64,000 nt of DNA, taken from an uncultured delta proteobacterium (lineage in GTDB: Bacteria; Desulfobacterota; Binatia; UBA9968). A program made the position numbers and the translations under genes. Where the stretch lies: contig CAVUZH010000013.1 in NCBI GenBank assembly GCA_963745835.1, positions 480,001-544,000 of the forward strand, in the 5' to 3' direction. Under the pieces are notes generated by a model. It was not told the origin of the DNA, searched no databases, and was given only the letters and a program-made list of their open reading frames with translations. Shown piece by piece: positions 21,534 through 32,189 of this stretch (position 1 is its first letter; every line of letters begins with the position of its first letter).

Positions 21534-23666
21534 TTATTCTTCACGAGGACCATCCGAGCCGCCGCCAAGGTTTGTTTGTCCCCCGCCGGCTTCTTGGAGG
21601 GCCTCTTTTCGACTGAGCCTGATCTTGCCTTGGCGATCGACCTCAAGGACTTTGACCATGACTTCGTCACCCTCTTTAAGCACGTCGGCGACCCGACGGA
21701 CATGCCCAGGAGCAAGTTGTGAAATGTGAACCAGACCATCGGTGCCGGGGAAAATCTCGACGAACGCGCCGAAATCGACGATCTTCCTCACGGTGCCTTT
21801 GTAGATCTTCCCAACCTCCGCTTCGGCTGCGATATTCTGGACCATTTGTATAGCTTTTTGTGCAGCGGCTTCATCGCTAGAAGCGATGGTTACGGTGCCA
21901 TCATCTTCGACATCCATTTTGACACCGGTTGCTTCAATGATCCCGCGGATAACTTTGCCGCCCGGGCCGATGATTTCACGGATCTTCTCGGGTTTCACTC
22001 TGATAGTGATGATCCGAGGCGCATGGCCCGAAACGTTCGTGCGCGGCACCGACAGAGTCTTGCCCATCTCGCCAAGAATGTGCATGCGTCCTTCCTTGGC
22101 TTGATAAAGAGCCTGGCGCATGATGTTACGATCGACACCGCTGATTTTGATGTCCATCTGGAGCGAAGTCACCCCCTCAGCGGTTCCTGCAACTTTGAAA
22201 TCCATGTCGCCCAAGTGATCCTCATCGCCGAGAATGTCCGAGAGGATGCGTACATGCTCGCCTTCTTTGATCAAACCCATGGCAATGCCGGCAACTGGAG
22301 CGGAAACCGGCACACCCGCGTCCATCAAGGAAAGCGATCCTCCGCATACCGTCGCCATCGATGTTGACCCATTCGACTCCAATATCTCTGAAACTATCCG
22401 TAACGTGTACGGGAAGCTCTCCTCCGGTGGTAACACCGGCAGCAAAGCACGTTCGGCAAGATTGCCATGACCAATCTCGCGCCGGCCCGGGCCGCGCAAG
22501 AACTTGACCTCGCCGACACTGAACGGCGGGAAGTTATAATGAAGCATGAATTTTTTGAAATGCTCGCCGATCAAAGCGTCGACCCTCTGCTCATCGGAAG
22601 CGGTGCCGAGAGTCGTCACCACTAATGCCTGAGTCTCACCGCGTGTAAACAGGGCGGACCCGTGGGTACGTGGCAAAACCTCGACTTCGCAACTGATCGG
22701 ACGAATATCCTTTAATCCACGACCATCAATGCGCCGCTCCTTCTCTATCACCAAATTTCGAAAGCAATTTCTTTTAAGCTCCTCAAAGGCGCCTTTGATA
22801 TCCTTAGCCTTGTCCGGATGTTCTGACAGCGCTAGCGGTACAACCTCGCTTTTCACTTCTGCGATGCGCTTGTAGCGTTCCAACTTTTCTGGGACCTCGA
22901 GCGCTTGCTTTAGTTTTGACAGAGCCAAACCTTCAATCCGTTGGGCCGCGGCCTTGTCGAGCTGCGCCAGGGGCACTTGACGTTTGGCCTTCCCGACCGC
23001 GCGGCGAATTTCCTCCTGCATCTCCAACAACGGTTGAATGGCCTCGTGCCCGGCAAACAGCGCTTCTAGAATCTCATCCTCGGGGATTACCTGGGCGCCA
23101 CCTTCAACCATGACGATAGCTGCGCGACTCCCTGAGAGAAAGATATCCATATCGCTGTCTGAAAGCTGACTCTGCGTAGGATTCATGACTAGTTGCCCAT
23201 TGATCCTGCCGATTCGAACACCTGCCAACGGACCGTTGAAAGGAATGTCCGAAACTTCTAGGGCAACGGACGCTCCAAGCATGGCGATAACGTCGGGATC
23301 GTTTTCGCGGTCGGCGGAAAGAACTGTGGCAATAATCTGGGTCTCGCAACGGAGTCCTTCCGCAAACAGCGGACGAATCGAGCGATCAATCAAACGACAC
23401 GTAAGGATCTCCTTTTCCGACGGTCGCCCCTCGCGCTTGAAAAACCCGCCGGGAATTTTTCCGGCGGCAAACGTTTTCTCCTGGTAATCGACCGTCAAGG
23501 GAAAGAAATCCGTGTCCAGTTTAAAATCTTTGGCAGCTACAGCAGTGGCCAAAACCACCGTTTCGCCGTAGCGAACCAAGGCCGCACCATCGGCCTGCTT
23601 TGCCAGGCGACCGACCTCGATGGACAAAGGTCGACCGTGAAAATCCAATTCAATTTTCTTGATCAT
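21534..23666 (-). CDS. pnp: Polyribonucleotide nucleotidyltransferase
   Basis: [52 protein letters not shown] and S1 domains. Confidence 0.98.
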   Translation of the reverse strand: MIKKIELDFHGRPLSIEVGRLAKQADGAALVRYGETVVLATAVAAKDFKLDTDFFPLTVDYQEKTFAAGKIPGGFFKREGRPSEKEILTCRLIDRSIRPLFAEGLRCETQIIATVLSADRENDPDVIAMLGASVALEVSDIPFNGPLAGVRIGRINGQLVMNPTQSQLSDSDMDIFLSGSRAAIVMVEGGAQVIPEDEILEALFAGHEAIQPLLEMQEEIRRAVGKAKRQVPLAQLDKAAAQRIEGLALSKLKQALEVPEKLERYKRIAEVKSEVVPLALSEHPDKAKDIKGAFEELKRNCFRNLVIEKERRIDGRGLKDIRPISCEVEVLPRTHGSALFTRGETQALVVTTLGTASDEQRVDALIGEHFKKFMLHYNFPPFSVGEVKFLRGPGRREIGHGNLAERALLPVLPPEESFPYTLRIVSEILESNGSTSMATVCGGSLSLMDAGVPVSAPVAGIAMGLIKEGEHVRILSDILGDEDHLGDMDFKVAGTAEGVTSLQMDIKISGVDRNIMRQALYQAKEGRMHILGEMGKTLSVPRTNVSGHAPRIITIRVKPEKIREIIGPGGKVIRGIIEATGVKMDVEDDGTVTIASSDEAAAQKAIQMVQNIAAEAEVGKIYKGTVRKIVDFGAFVEIFPGTDGLVHISQLAPGHVRRVADVLKEGDEVMVKVLEVDRQGKIRLSRKEALQEAGGGQTNLGGGSDGPREE

Positions 23667-23734
23667 AGACGCTCCTCTAAAGTGAGAGGTGCTTGACGGA
23701 GGGTAAGGATGGAGGGCAATCGGTTAGGAAACCA

Positions 23735-24004
23735 TTACTTCCTTATTCCAAGTCGTTGGATTAGAACCTGATATCGTTCGAAATCGGATTTCTTCAGATA
23801 ATCAAGGAGCCTTCTCCGTTGGCCTACCAGCTTCAATAGGCCCCGACGGGAATGATGATCTTTAGCATGAATCTTGAAGTGCTCGGTAAGATATTCGATG
23901 CGCTGACTCAAGAGCGCGACTTGCACTTCAGGAGAGCCGGTATCGCTCTGATGGACCCTGAACTGCTCGATAACCCCCTGCTTTTGCTGTGGAGCAATTC
24001 CCAT
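23735..24004 (-). CDS. rpsO: 30S ribosomal protein S15
   Basis: [37 protein letters not shown]. Confidence 0.98.
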   Translation of the reverse strand: MGIAPQQKQGVIEQFRVHQSDTGSPEVQVALLSQRIEYLTEHFKIHAKDHHSRRGLLKLVGQRRRLLDYLKKSDFERYQVLIQRLGIRK

Positions 24005-24215
24005 GTTCTCCGCTTTTTCTCTCTTTCCTTTTTATTATCGACATTTTCTAACATAGTGACCTGATATTGTAAAGCTGCAACTACGCCGAGCGGCCTCGCG
24101 GCGCGCAGTTGGCACGGGTTGAGGTTTTTAGCCCGCAAATCGGCGGATCCGACATCTAAAACATAGTAAAAACGTTTTTTGTTTTTTTGTCAGATGGTTA
24201 TGGTAAAATTCGTCC

Positions 24216-24827
24216 ATGAGAACTTCGATCGCTGCTGCGCTGTTACAAATTCTGCTCCTCGTTTTGATCTCTCCCTCGCATGCAGCGGATTTCTTTCGTT
24301 GGATCGACCAGAACGGGGTGGTCCATTTCACCGATAATATCCATAATATTCCGGAAGCACGCCGATCAACGGCAGTTCGCATCAAAGGGCAAGAGCCGGC
24401 CAGACCCGCGGCGCCTTCCAAGGTTTCGCCAGCAACCGCTGCCAAGGCATCCATTCCTTTTGAAAAACGTGGACAGGTGGTTGTCGTGGAGGTGATGCTT
24501 AATAATACTGTGCCCGTCAAATTGGTTGTCGATACCGGCGCCACTTATACAATGATTTCAGCGGCGACAGCCAAAGAGTTAAGCATCGATCCGCAGAGCG
24601 CTCAGCGCACGATGCCCTTTCAAACCGCGAACGGCGTCATCCAAGCACCGCTTGCCAATTTGGAATCGGTGATAGTGGGCGGAATGGAAATGAAAAACCT
24701 TACCGCAGCGATTCACGACGCTGTCCCCAGCGCCCAAGTCGCCGGTCTTCTCGGTCTTAACTTCCTTAGCAACTTTCGACTGGACATAGATACCGAGAAA
24801 GGCATGCTCCATTTGGAGCGAAAATAA
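24216..24827 (+). CDS. Exported DUF4124 + retropepsin-like aspartyl protease
   Basis: Signal peptide, FRWIDQNGVVHFTD, catalytic LVVDTGATYT, TANG, GLLGLNFL. Confidence 0.88.
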   Translation: MRTSIAAALLQILLLVLISPSHAADFFRWIDQNGVVHFTDNIHNIPEARRSTAVRIKGQEPARPAAPSKVSPATAAKASIPFEKRGQVVVVEVMLNNTVPVKLVVDTGATYTMISAATAKELSIDPQSAQRTMPFQTANGVIQAPLANLESVIVGGMEMKNLTAAIHDAVPSAQVAGLLGLNFLSNFRLDIDTEKGMLHLERK

Positions 24828-24931
24828 TCAGAGCCAGCCACAGTGAAGTTTGGTCGATTACTGGCCCGGTACCATTTCTCCGGGTGGACCGCGCTTGAAT
24901 ACCTGAAAACGCTTTACCGACCCCGTTTCTC

Positions 24932-24965
24932 AAACAAAAGGGGCGATGGATTCAACCACCGCCCC
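24932..24965 (-). terminator. Rho-independent terminator of nrdJ
   Basis: Minus strand ggggcggtgg-ttgaat-ccatcgcccc followed by ttttgttt, 30 nt after the nrdJ stop. Confidence 0.75.
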
Positions 24966-24995
24966 GTGTTTCTGCCATCCCCGAGACGGGCAATC

Positions 24996-27767
24996 TCAGG
25001 AACAACCGCTGACAGCACCGCAGTTCAGGCACTTATAGCAAGCGCCGCTGCGAATCATGATGGCACCGCAATCCGGACAAGGTGGCGCATCTTGCTGGTA
25101 AAGGCTGGTGACACTGCTGATACTCGTCACCGGCGCCCCACCTCGAGGCGTCTGAGGAACAATCGACACCACCCTCTTAGAAACCGGGACTTCCTTTTCT
25201 TCGGTCTCTTGCTTGACGACACCGATCTCCCGCTGGGCTTCGCCGTCGAGAAACTTGGTTGCCAGCCACCTGAAGATGTAATCCATGATCGACTTGGCCA
25301 TCGGGATATCCGGATTTTTGGTAAACCCCGAAGGCTCGAAGCGCATATGGCTGAACTTGTCCACCAACCCTCTTAGCGGCACGCCGTATTGGAGTGCTAT
25401 CGAAATCGCCGTGGCAAAGGAATCCATCAGCCCCGAAATGGTTGAACCCTCTTTGGACATGGTGATGAAGATTTCTCCGGGCTGGCCGTCTTCGTACATG
25501 CCGGCGATGATATAGCCCTCATGACCGGCGATATCGAACTTGTGTGTAATCGAGCGCCGTTCGTCCGGCAGCTTGCGCCGCAGCGGCCGCGTCTCCTTGC
25601 TTTCAGCCGTGCCGCTTTTTGTGCCGTCCTTGTCCTTCGACGTATTGAGCGGCTGGGTGCGTTTCGAACCATCCCGGTAGATCGCCACCGCCTTCAATCC
25701 GAGCTTCCAGGACTCCATGTATGCTTGAATGATGTCTTCTACCGTCGCCTCGTTCGGCATATTGATCGTTTTAGAGATCGCCCCCGATATAAACGGCTGC
25801 ACCGCTCCCATCATTCTGATGTGCCCCATATAATTAATCGTACGAATGCCATTGGCCGGCTTGAAGGCACAGTCGAAGACAGCGAGATCTTCGTCGCTTA
25901 GGTGCGGCGCGCCCTCGATGGTCTCATGCTCTTCAATGTACTCGACGATGTCTTGAATTTGCTTTACGTCATACCCCAGACGCTTAAGCGCCCGAGCCAC
26001 TGTGTTATTGACGATCTTCAAGAGTCCGCCGCCAACCAGCTTCTTGTATTTGATCAGAGCGATATCCGGCTCCACTCCCGTGGTGTCGCAATCCATCATG
26101 AACGCAATCGTGCCAGTGGGAGCGAGCACCGAGATCTGCGAATTTTTCACGCCATGCGTTTCGGCCTCTCCGCAGGTCTGATCCCACGACTCGCGCGCCG
26201 CCGTCAGAAGATCCAACGGCACGTGCGCTGATGAAATCTTGTACGCATGAGAGCGATGTTTGTTGAGCACTCGCAGCATCGGCTCCTGATTGACGTCATA
26301 TCCCGCGAAAGTTCCTGTGGCTCCAGCGATGCGCGTCGATTGAAGATAACCTTCTCCCGACATCAGTGCGGTCACGGCGGATGCATAGCCGCGACCGGCA
26401 TCGGAATCATAGGGCAGCCCCAAGGACATCAGCAATGCGCCGAGATTAGCATAGCCCAATCCCAATTCGCGAAAGGCATGGGCATTGGCTGTAATCTCCG
26501 GGGTCGGATAAGAAGAATTATCGATCAGAATGTCTTGCGCAAGCACGATGATGTCGACCGCGCGGCGAAAAGATTCTGTGTCGAAAACGCCGTCTTCACG
26601 CAAAAACTTCAGCAAGTTCAACGAAGCTAGATTGCAAGCCGAATTGTCCAGATGCATGTATTCCGAGCACGGATTGGAGGCGTTGATCCTGCCGGTGCCG
26701 GAACAGGTATGCCAATCGTTGATGGTCGTATCGTATTGCATTCCGGGATCACCGCAGAAGTAAGTGCTCTCGGCAATCATGCGCATCAAATCACGGGCCT
26801 GATAGGTCTCGCTGACTTCGCCGCTTTTGATGAAGCGAGTCTTCCATTCACGATCCTCTTGCACGGCCTGCATAAAGTCATCAGTGACACGGACCGAGTT
26901 ATTGGCATTTTGAAAGAACACGCTACCGTAGGCCGGACCATCCAAGCTGGAATCGTATCCCGCTTCGATCAAAGCCCAGGCCTTCTTCTCCTCTTCAACT
27001 TTGCATTTAACAAACTCCTCGATATCGGGATGATCCACGTTGAGAACCACCATTTTCGCGGCTCGCCTAGTTTTACCGCCTGATTTGATCACCCCGGCGG
27101 AGGCATCCGCCGCTTTCATGAAGGAGACTGGACCGGAAGCAGTGCCGCCGCCAGCGAGTTGCTCTTTAGCGGAGCGGATCTTCGAGAGATTCACGCCGGA
27201 ACCAGAACCGCCTTTAAAGATGATTCCTTCCTTGCGGTACCAATCGAGGATTGATTCCATCGTGTCATCGACAGAAAGAATAAAGCAGGCCGAGCACTGC
27301 GGCTTCTCTTCGATGCCGCAATTAAACCAAACAGGGCTGTTGAAGCAGGCCTTCTGGTGGACCAGAATGTGAGTTAATTCATCGTGAAAGCTCTGGGCAT
27401 CCTCATCCGTGGCAAAGTAGCCATCTTTAGTGCCCCAACGCGTGATCGTATCGACCACGCGGCCGATCATCTGCCGCACGCTGTATTCCCGTTGAGGACT
27501 GCCGATCGGACCACGAAAATATTTTGAGACCACAACATTGGTGGCCATGAGCGACCACGTTTTCGGAATTTCTACATTGTTCTGTTCGAAAACCACCTTG
27601 CCCTTCTCGTTTGTGATCGATGCCGAACGGATTTCCCAATCGATTTCGTCGTACGGGTTGACACCCGCGCGGGTAAAATAGCGGCTAACCTTGATACCGC
27701 TTTTGCGCTTGGGCTGGGCCGGATTTAAGCTAGGAATATCGGTGCTTTGTGGCATCATGGTCGCCAT
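24996..27767 (-). CDS. nrdJ: Class II (vitamin B12-dependent) ribonucleotide reductase with C-terminal TSCPD-like domain and zinc ribbon
   Basis: FNSPVWFN, PQCSACFI, GGKTRRAAKM, NASNPCSEY, APTGTI, ISGAISKTIN, YRDGSK, CPDCG..CLNCG. Confidence 0.95.
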   Translation of the reverse strand: MATMMPQSTDIPSLNPAQPKRKSGIKVSRYFTRAGVNPYDEIDWEIRSASITNEKGKVVFEQNNVEIPKTWSLMATNVVVSKYFRGPIGSPQREYSVRQMIGRVVDTITRWGTKDGYFATDEDAQSFHDELTHILVHQKACFNSPVWFNCGIEEKPQCSACFILSVDDTMESILDWYRKEGIIFKGGSGSGVNLSKIRSAKEQLAGGGTASGPVSFMKAADASAGVIKSGGKTRRAAKMVVLNVDHPDIEEFVKCKVEEEKKAWALIEAGYDSSLDGPAYGSVFFQNANNSVRVTDDFMQAVQEDREWKTRFIKSGEVSETYQARDLMRMIAESTYFCGDPGMQYDTTINDWHTCSGTGRINASNPCSEYMHLDNSACNLASLNLLKFLREDGVFDTESFRRAVDIIVLAQDILIDNSSYPTPEITANAHAFRELGLGYANLGALLMSLGLPYDSDAGRGYASAVTALMSGEGYLQSTRIAGATGTFAGYDVNQEPMLRVLNKHRSHAYKISSAHVPLDLLTAARESWDQTCGEAETHGVKNSQISVLAPTGTIAFMMDCDTTGVEPDIALIKYKKLVGGGLLKIVNNTVARALKRLGYDVKQIQDIVEYIEEHETIEGAPHLSDEDLAVFDCAFKPANGIRTINYMGHIRMMGAVQPFISGAISKTINMPNEATVEDIIQAYMESWKLGLKAVAIYRDGSKRTQPLNTSKDKDGTKSGTAESKETRPLRRKLPDERRSITHKFDIAGHEGYIIAGMYEDGQPGEIFITMSKEGSTISGLMDSFATAISIALQYGVPLRGLVDKFSHMRFEPSGFTKNPDIPMAKSIMDYIFRWLATKFLDGEAQREIGVVKQETEEKEVPVSKRVVSIVPQTPRGGAPVTSISSVTSLYQQDAPPCPDCGAIMIRSGACYKCLNCGAVSGCS

Positions 27768-27793
27768 GGTAGTATCTCCCTTCGGTCGCTAAA

Positions 27794-27840
27794 TATCAAT
27801 ATGTAGTATGAGATGCGGCGGAACGCACTAGATTTTGTAT
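27794..27840. promoter_or_regulatory. Tandem NrdR boxes upstream of nrdJ
   Basis: tatCAATATGTAGTat (27794-27809) and gcaCTAGATTTTGTat (27825-27840) match the acaCwAtATaTwGtgt consensus and start 31 bp apart. Confidence 0.75.
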
Positions 27841-27986
27841 AGTTAAAATTTTTGTCAATTTTTGTCAAGAAATTTTTTTGATCGCTTGGTTTCACTAGAA
27901 TTTATCGGACTTCTGTGACACTGCCGGTAATAAAAACGCTATAATCGCAATTATGCTTTGCTAAATTCGCGGCTGGGTTATTCAAA

Positions 27987-28460
27987 ATGGCAAGAAAAAC
28001 ACCGCCAACAATAGATCGGGTGGGCGAGGTTCTGGGAAATTCGTTGAAGCGCCTCGATCTCTCCTATCGACTCAATGAATACAGTATATGGCCGGTATGG
28101 GACGAAGTCGTCGGCAAAACTATCGCCGTAAACGCGCAGCCCGAAAAGATTCGCAACGGTACATTGTTTGTCAAAGTGACAAGTTCCGTTTGGATGCAGC
28201 AGTTGCAGTTCATGAAAGAGATGATCGCGGAAAAATTAAATAACCGGCTCAACCGAGAAGTCGTCAAGAATATTTTCTTCGTCGTCGGCCGGATTGATTC
28301 ACCCGGACCGGGAGAAACCCCGAGTACGGCTGCTAAACCCGCCATTGATGAGGAGCCGAAAATCGACGAGCAATTTCTCGAGTCGGTGTCCGACCCCGAG
28401 CTACGTCAAGCCTTCAAGAAACTGGTAAAGAGTTATTCGCGCCGGCGCGGGCAAGGGTAA
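27987..28460 (+). CDS. DUF721/DciA-family protein
   Basis: WDEVVGKTIAVNAQPEKIRNGTLFVKVTSSVWMQQLQF..IAEKLN..VKNIFF. Confidence 0.85.
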   Translation: MARKTPPTIDRVGEVLGNSLKRLDLSYRLNEYSIWPVWDEVVGKTIAVNAQPEKIRNGTLFVKVTSSVWMQQLQFMKEMIAEKLNNRLNREVVKNIFFVVGRIDSPGPGETPSTAAKPAIDEEPKIDEQFLESVSDPELRQAFKKLVKSYSRRRGQG

Positions 28461-28513
28461 GCAGCAGACGCGCAATCCCGACACCTGATTCACAACCCAC
28501 AGGCTGATCCACT

Positions 28514-29347
28514 CTAGAAAGGACTCTTACGCCCGGCCGCTATCGCGTTCAGTTCCGCGCTATAATTCTTGGCGGAATCGTAGATGATTAACGGCGGCAG
28601 GATATCGACGCCTTTTCGCCCGCCTTTAACGGCTTCGACCAGAACCATCGATGCCTTGGCATCGGAAAAAGCATGAACGCTTCGCAAGCGCTTCGGTTCA
28701 AGCCCGAAGCTTCGCATCGTGCTCACTAAATCGACTGTGCGATCTCCCAGATGAATACATGCAAAGCAGCCTTTATTCTTTGCCAAGAACGCTGCGGCCC
28801 TGACAAAATCATCGAGACTGGCTTTGATTTCATGACGAGCAATTTGCTTTTCGCAAGAAAAGCTCAAACGGCCGCTACTGGCTTGCCTGTAAGGGGGATT
28901 ACAGACGACCACGTCGAAGCTTTCAGGTTTGAAGCGCTCCACAGTCATTGCAATATCGATTTGCGCGATTACGATACGATCTTCGTAGCCGTTGAGGCGA
29001 ATGTTTCGCGTCGCGCGATCCGCCATCTGCCCCTGAATCTCGACTCCTGTAAGCAAGATCGACGGATAGCGGTAGGCCAAGATCAGCGGCACCACTCCGT
29101 TACCAGTGCCCAAGTCGATCACTTTATTTCCGGATCGAATTGTCGCGAAATCGGCCAAGAGAATGGAATCGACGGAAAATCGATAACCCTGCTTCTTCTG
29201 ATATAGCTGCAGGGCGCCGCCGAAAAGCGCATCCAGTGTCTCATCACTTGCCGGAGCCACCGATGAAAACGCCGCAGCAGAGAATCGACCGGGCCGCGCT
29301 GGTTGTGCGTCGGCATCTATCTCGCTCATGCCAAAAATCTTTTTCAT
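28514..29347 (-). CDS. tRNA1(Val) adenine-37 N6-methyltransferase family (TrmN6/YfiC-like)
   Basis: QKKQGYRFSVDSILLA, DLGTGNG, CNPPY, ARHE, PKRLR. Confidence 0.85.
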   Translation of the reverse strand: MKKIFGMSEIDADAQPARPGRFSAAAFSSVAPASDETLDALFGGALQLYQKKQGYRFSVDSILLADFATIRSGNKVIDLGTGNGVVPLILAYRYPSILLTGVEIQGQMADRATRNIRLNGYEDRIVIAQIDIAMTVERFKPESFDVVVCNPPYRQASSGRLSFSCEKQIARHEIKASLDDFVRAAAFLAKNKGCFACIHLGDRTVDLVSTMRSFGLEPKRLRSVHAFSDAKASMVLVEAVKGGRKGVDILPPLIIYDSAKNYSAELNAIAAGRKSPF

Positions 29348-29417
29348 GCTTGCAAAGCGCAGCAGACTTCTATATTTAGTCTGAATCCACTAGCATCGTT
29401 CTTCCTCAACAAAACGC

Positions 29418-30188
29418 ATGGTTCCGTTCCTAGGCCGAATCGGCCGTTATGCCATCGATCAGATTGCCGGGATGGGAAGAATGTTTCTCTTTCTCATCTC
29501 AGCCATCCTGCAAGCCTTTCGCGCGCCGGCAAAACTTCGTCTGATCGTTTACCACATCAAGACCATTGGCGTGGATTCTCTTTCAGTCGTCGCTCTATCA
29601 GGGTTTTTTACCGGCATGGTGATGGGCTTTCAAGGCTACTACAGCTTGAGGCAGTTCAACGCCGAGAGCTGGCTCGGCTCCGCCACCGCACTAAGTTTAT
29701 TACGCGAGCTCGGCCCCGTTCTCTCGGCATTCATGGTCACCGGAAGAACCGGCTCCGCGATGGCCGCGGAGTTGGGCACCATGCGTGCCACCGAGCAGAT
29801 CGATGCTCTTTATTCCATGGCGATCAATCCGATCAAGTATCTAGTTACTCCGCGCATCGTCGCCAGCCTAATCGCCATGCCGATGCTCACGGCGATTTTC
29901 AATGTCATCGGAATCTTCGGCTCGTATGCCGTCGGTGTCGGAATCCTTGGTGTCAGCTCGGGCAGTTTTTTTTCCGGCATGGAAAACAGTGTCGTTTTTC
30001 ACGACGTTTACAGCGGAATGATCAAATCGGTCTGTTTTGGTCTGATCATTACCTGGATCTGCTGCTACAAAGGATTTCATGCTCCACCGATGGCGACGGG
30101 AGTGAGCCAGGCCACCACCGAATCGGTGGTTCTTTCTTTCGTCTTCATCCTGGTTTGGGATTACTTTCTTACGTCAATCATGTTGTAG
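29418..30188 (+). CDS. mlaE: Mla/Ttg2 ABC permease
   Basis: RELGPVL, GRTGSAMAAELGTMRATEQIDAL, GVSQATTESVV. Confidence 0.93.
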   Translation: MVPFLGRIGRYAIDQIAGMGRMFLFLISAILQAFRAPAKLRLIVYHIKTIGVDSLSVVALSGFFTGMVMGFQGYYSLRQFNAESWLGSATALSLLRELGPVLSAFMVTGRTGSAMAAELGTMRATEQIDALYSMAINPIKYLVTPRIVASLIAMPMLTAIFNVIGIFGSYAVGVGILGVSSGSFFSGMENSVVFHDVYSGMIKSVCFGLIITWICCYKGFHAPPMATGVSQATTESVVLSFVFILVWDYFLTSIML

Positions 30189-30192
30189 CCCG

Positions 30193-30939
30193 ATGATAAA
30201 GGTCGTTAATTTACACAAAAGCTTTGGCCGGCAAAAGGTTCTCAAAGGTGTGAACCTTGAGTTCTCCACGGGAAAAATCACCACCATCGTCGGAACCAGT
30301 GGTTGTGGCAAGACGGTACTGTTGAAACATTTGAACGCCTTACTCCTGCCCGACGCAGGTGAAGTTCTGGTCAACGGGATCGACATCACCAAGCTCGGCC
30401 AAAAGGAATTGTATCGGATCCGGGCCAAATTCGGTGTGCTTTTTCAAGGCGCTGCGCTACTCGATTCGATGACGGTCTTCGACAATGTCGGTTTTCCATT
30501 GCGCGAGAAAACACGGATGAGTGAGAGCGAAGTGAAGACCAAAGTCGCCGACCGGCTGGAGCAGGTCGGATTGGGCGAAATGGGACATAAGCTACCGGCG
30601 GAACTGAGCGGCGGAATGAGAAAACGCGCCGGCTTGGCGCGCGCCCTCATCATGGACCCTGAAATCGTCCTGTTTGACGAGCCTACCACCGGTCTCGACC
30701 CGGTGCTGGCAACAGGCATTCACCAACTCATATCAAGAACTCAAAATGATTTCGGCTACACGGGGATTATCGTCAGTCACACGATTCCACAGGTCTTCGA
30801 TATCTCCGACTACATCGTTATGCTTGCCGGCGGCGTTGTTGAAGAGGTCGCCCCGCCGCAAGCTTTCAGCGCGTCCGAAAATCCGATTGTGCAGCAATTT
30901 ATTCACGGCAGAACTGAAGGGCCCATCGAGGTCTTGTAG
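30193..30939 (+). CDS. mlaF: Mla/Ttg2 ABC ATPase
   Basis: GTSGCGKT, FQGAALLDS, ELSGGMRKR, LFDEPTTGLDP; operon context. Confidence 0.92.
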   Translation: MIKVVNLHKSFGRQKVLKGVNLEFSTGKITTIVGTSGCGKTVLLKHLNALLLPDAGEVLVNGIDITKLGQKELYRIRAKFGVLFQGAALLDSMTVFDNVGFPLREKTRMSESEVKTKVADRLEQVGLGEMGHKLPAELSGGMRKRAGLARALIMDPEIVLFDEPTTGLDPVLATGIHQLISRTQNDFGYTGIIVSHTIPQVFDISDYIVMLAGGVVEEVAPPQAFSASENPIVQQFIHGRTEGPIEVL

Positions 30940-30948
30940 GAGATTGAA

Positions 30949-31410
30949 GTGAACCATTCACGCACTGACATCATCGTCGGTATTTTTGTGCTCGCCGGGG
31001 CCATCTGCCTCGGCTATCTCGCCATACGCCTCGGCAAGGTAGAATTGTTCGGCGCTACCGGCTACGTCGTATACGCCGACTTCTCTTCGGTCGCAGGATT
31101 GAAAGTCGGTGACCCTGTAGAAATCGCCGGTGTCAGAATCGGCAAAGTAGAATCGCTCGGTTTGGTTGACGATCGCGCGCGTGTCGCTATACGGATGGAC
31201 CCCGATGTGAAGCTCCAGGACGACGTCATTGCGTCGGTACGCGCCCGCGGTCTCATCGGCGACAAATTTGTCTTGATCGCACCGGGAGCTTCGGATAACA
31301 TTATCCCGCCCGGAGGCAAGATCAGAGAAACCGAATCGCCCCAAGACATTACGGATCTCATCGGCAAGTTTGTCGGCGGAGATCTCACATCCAAAAAAGA
31401 CGAACAATGA
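30949..31410 (+). CDS. mlaD: MCE-domain protein
   Basis: N-terminal TM helix, FSSVAGLKVGDPVEIAGVRIGKV, GLIGDKF. Confidence 0.92.
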   Translation: MNHSRTDIIVGIFVLAGAICLGYLAIRLGKVELFGATGYVVYADFSSVAGLKVGDPVEIAGVRIGKVESLGLVDDRARVAIRMDPDVKLQDDVIASVRARGLIGDKFVLIAPGASDNIIPPGGKIRETESPQDITDLIGKFVGGDLTSKKDEQ

Positions 31411-32021
31411 CGAAATCATTCTGGCATCTTCTTGTGCTTTCATCGCTGATGTTTTTAAGCGACCCCGTATCATCTATGGCGGGACCACCAACCGATCAGA
31501 TCAAGGCGACGGTGGATAACGCTGTTGGGCTACTCAGAGAGGCCCGGAACACGACCGCGGAGACCAAAGACCGTCGCGAGCAGCTGAGACAAATTCTTTT
31601 TACCCGGTTCGACTTTTCTGAAATGGCCCGGCGCGCGTTAGGCGCTCATTGGCGCCGGCGCGCTGCCACCGAGCAACAGGAATTCGTCCAGCTATTCACT
31701 GAGCTGCTCGAACGTCAATACGCTGGCATCATAGAGTCCTATACCGATGAGAAAATCGTCTACGTCGGCGAAAGAACCGATGGCGCGTTTGCCGAAGTAA
31801 ACAGCAAGATATTCACCGCCAAAGGTCAGGAGTTGTCGATCAACTACAAGGCTCAGTTGGTCGGCCAGGAGTGGAAGGTTTATGATGTTATCGCCGAAGA
31901 AATCAGCCTGGTCAACAATTTTCGCTCTCAATTTAACCGCGTAATCTCCAGCTCCTCCTACGAGGAGTTGGTCCGACGGCTTAGGGAAAAGCAGGCGGAC
32001 GTGATCCCTGTCAAGAATTAG
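31407..32021 (+). CDS. mlaC: Periplasmic phospholipid-binding protein (MlaC/Ttg2D)
   Basis: FDFSEMARRALG, WKVYDV, SLVNNFRSQF. Confidence 0.9.
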   Translation: MTKSFWHLLVLSSLMFLSDPVSSMAGPPTDQIKATVDNAVGLLREARNTTAETKDRREQLRQILFTRFDFSEMARRALGAHWRRRAATEQQEFVQLFTELLERQYAGIIESYTDEKIVYVGERTDGAFAEVNSKIFTAKGQELSINYKAQLVGQEWKVYDVIAEEISLVNNFRSQFNRVISSSSYEELVRRLREKQADVIPVKN

Positions 32022-32189
32022 GGGCCGATCCGCTGTACTTTCACCAAACTTCTTAAAGCTCACGCAGCCAGGCGCTCATCGCGCCTGCTGCTCTGCGCCT
32101 CTTTCACCGAATCACCCTATCCAGTATGCTTGGAGGGGTTGTTTTTTCGAAGTAGCAGATTATAGATTTGACTGGAAGGGAGCTCTCGC

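Noticed and set aside
24005-24215. Possible S15 autoregulatory leader upstream of rpsO
   Set aside because: Plausible by position, but I could not identify a matching structure by eye; it needs an Rfam/Infernal search.
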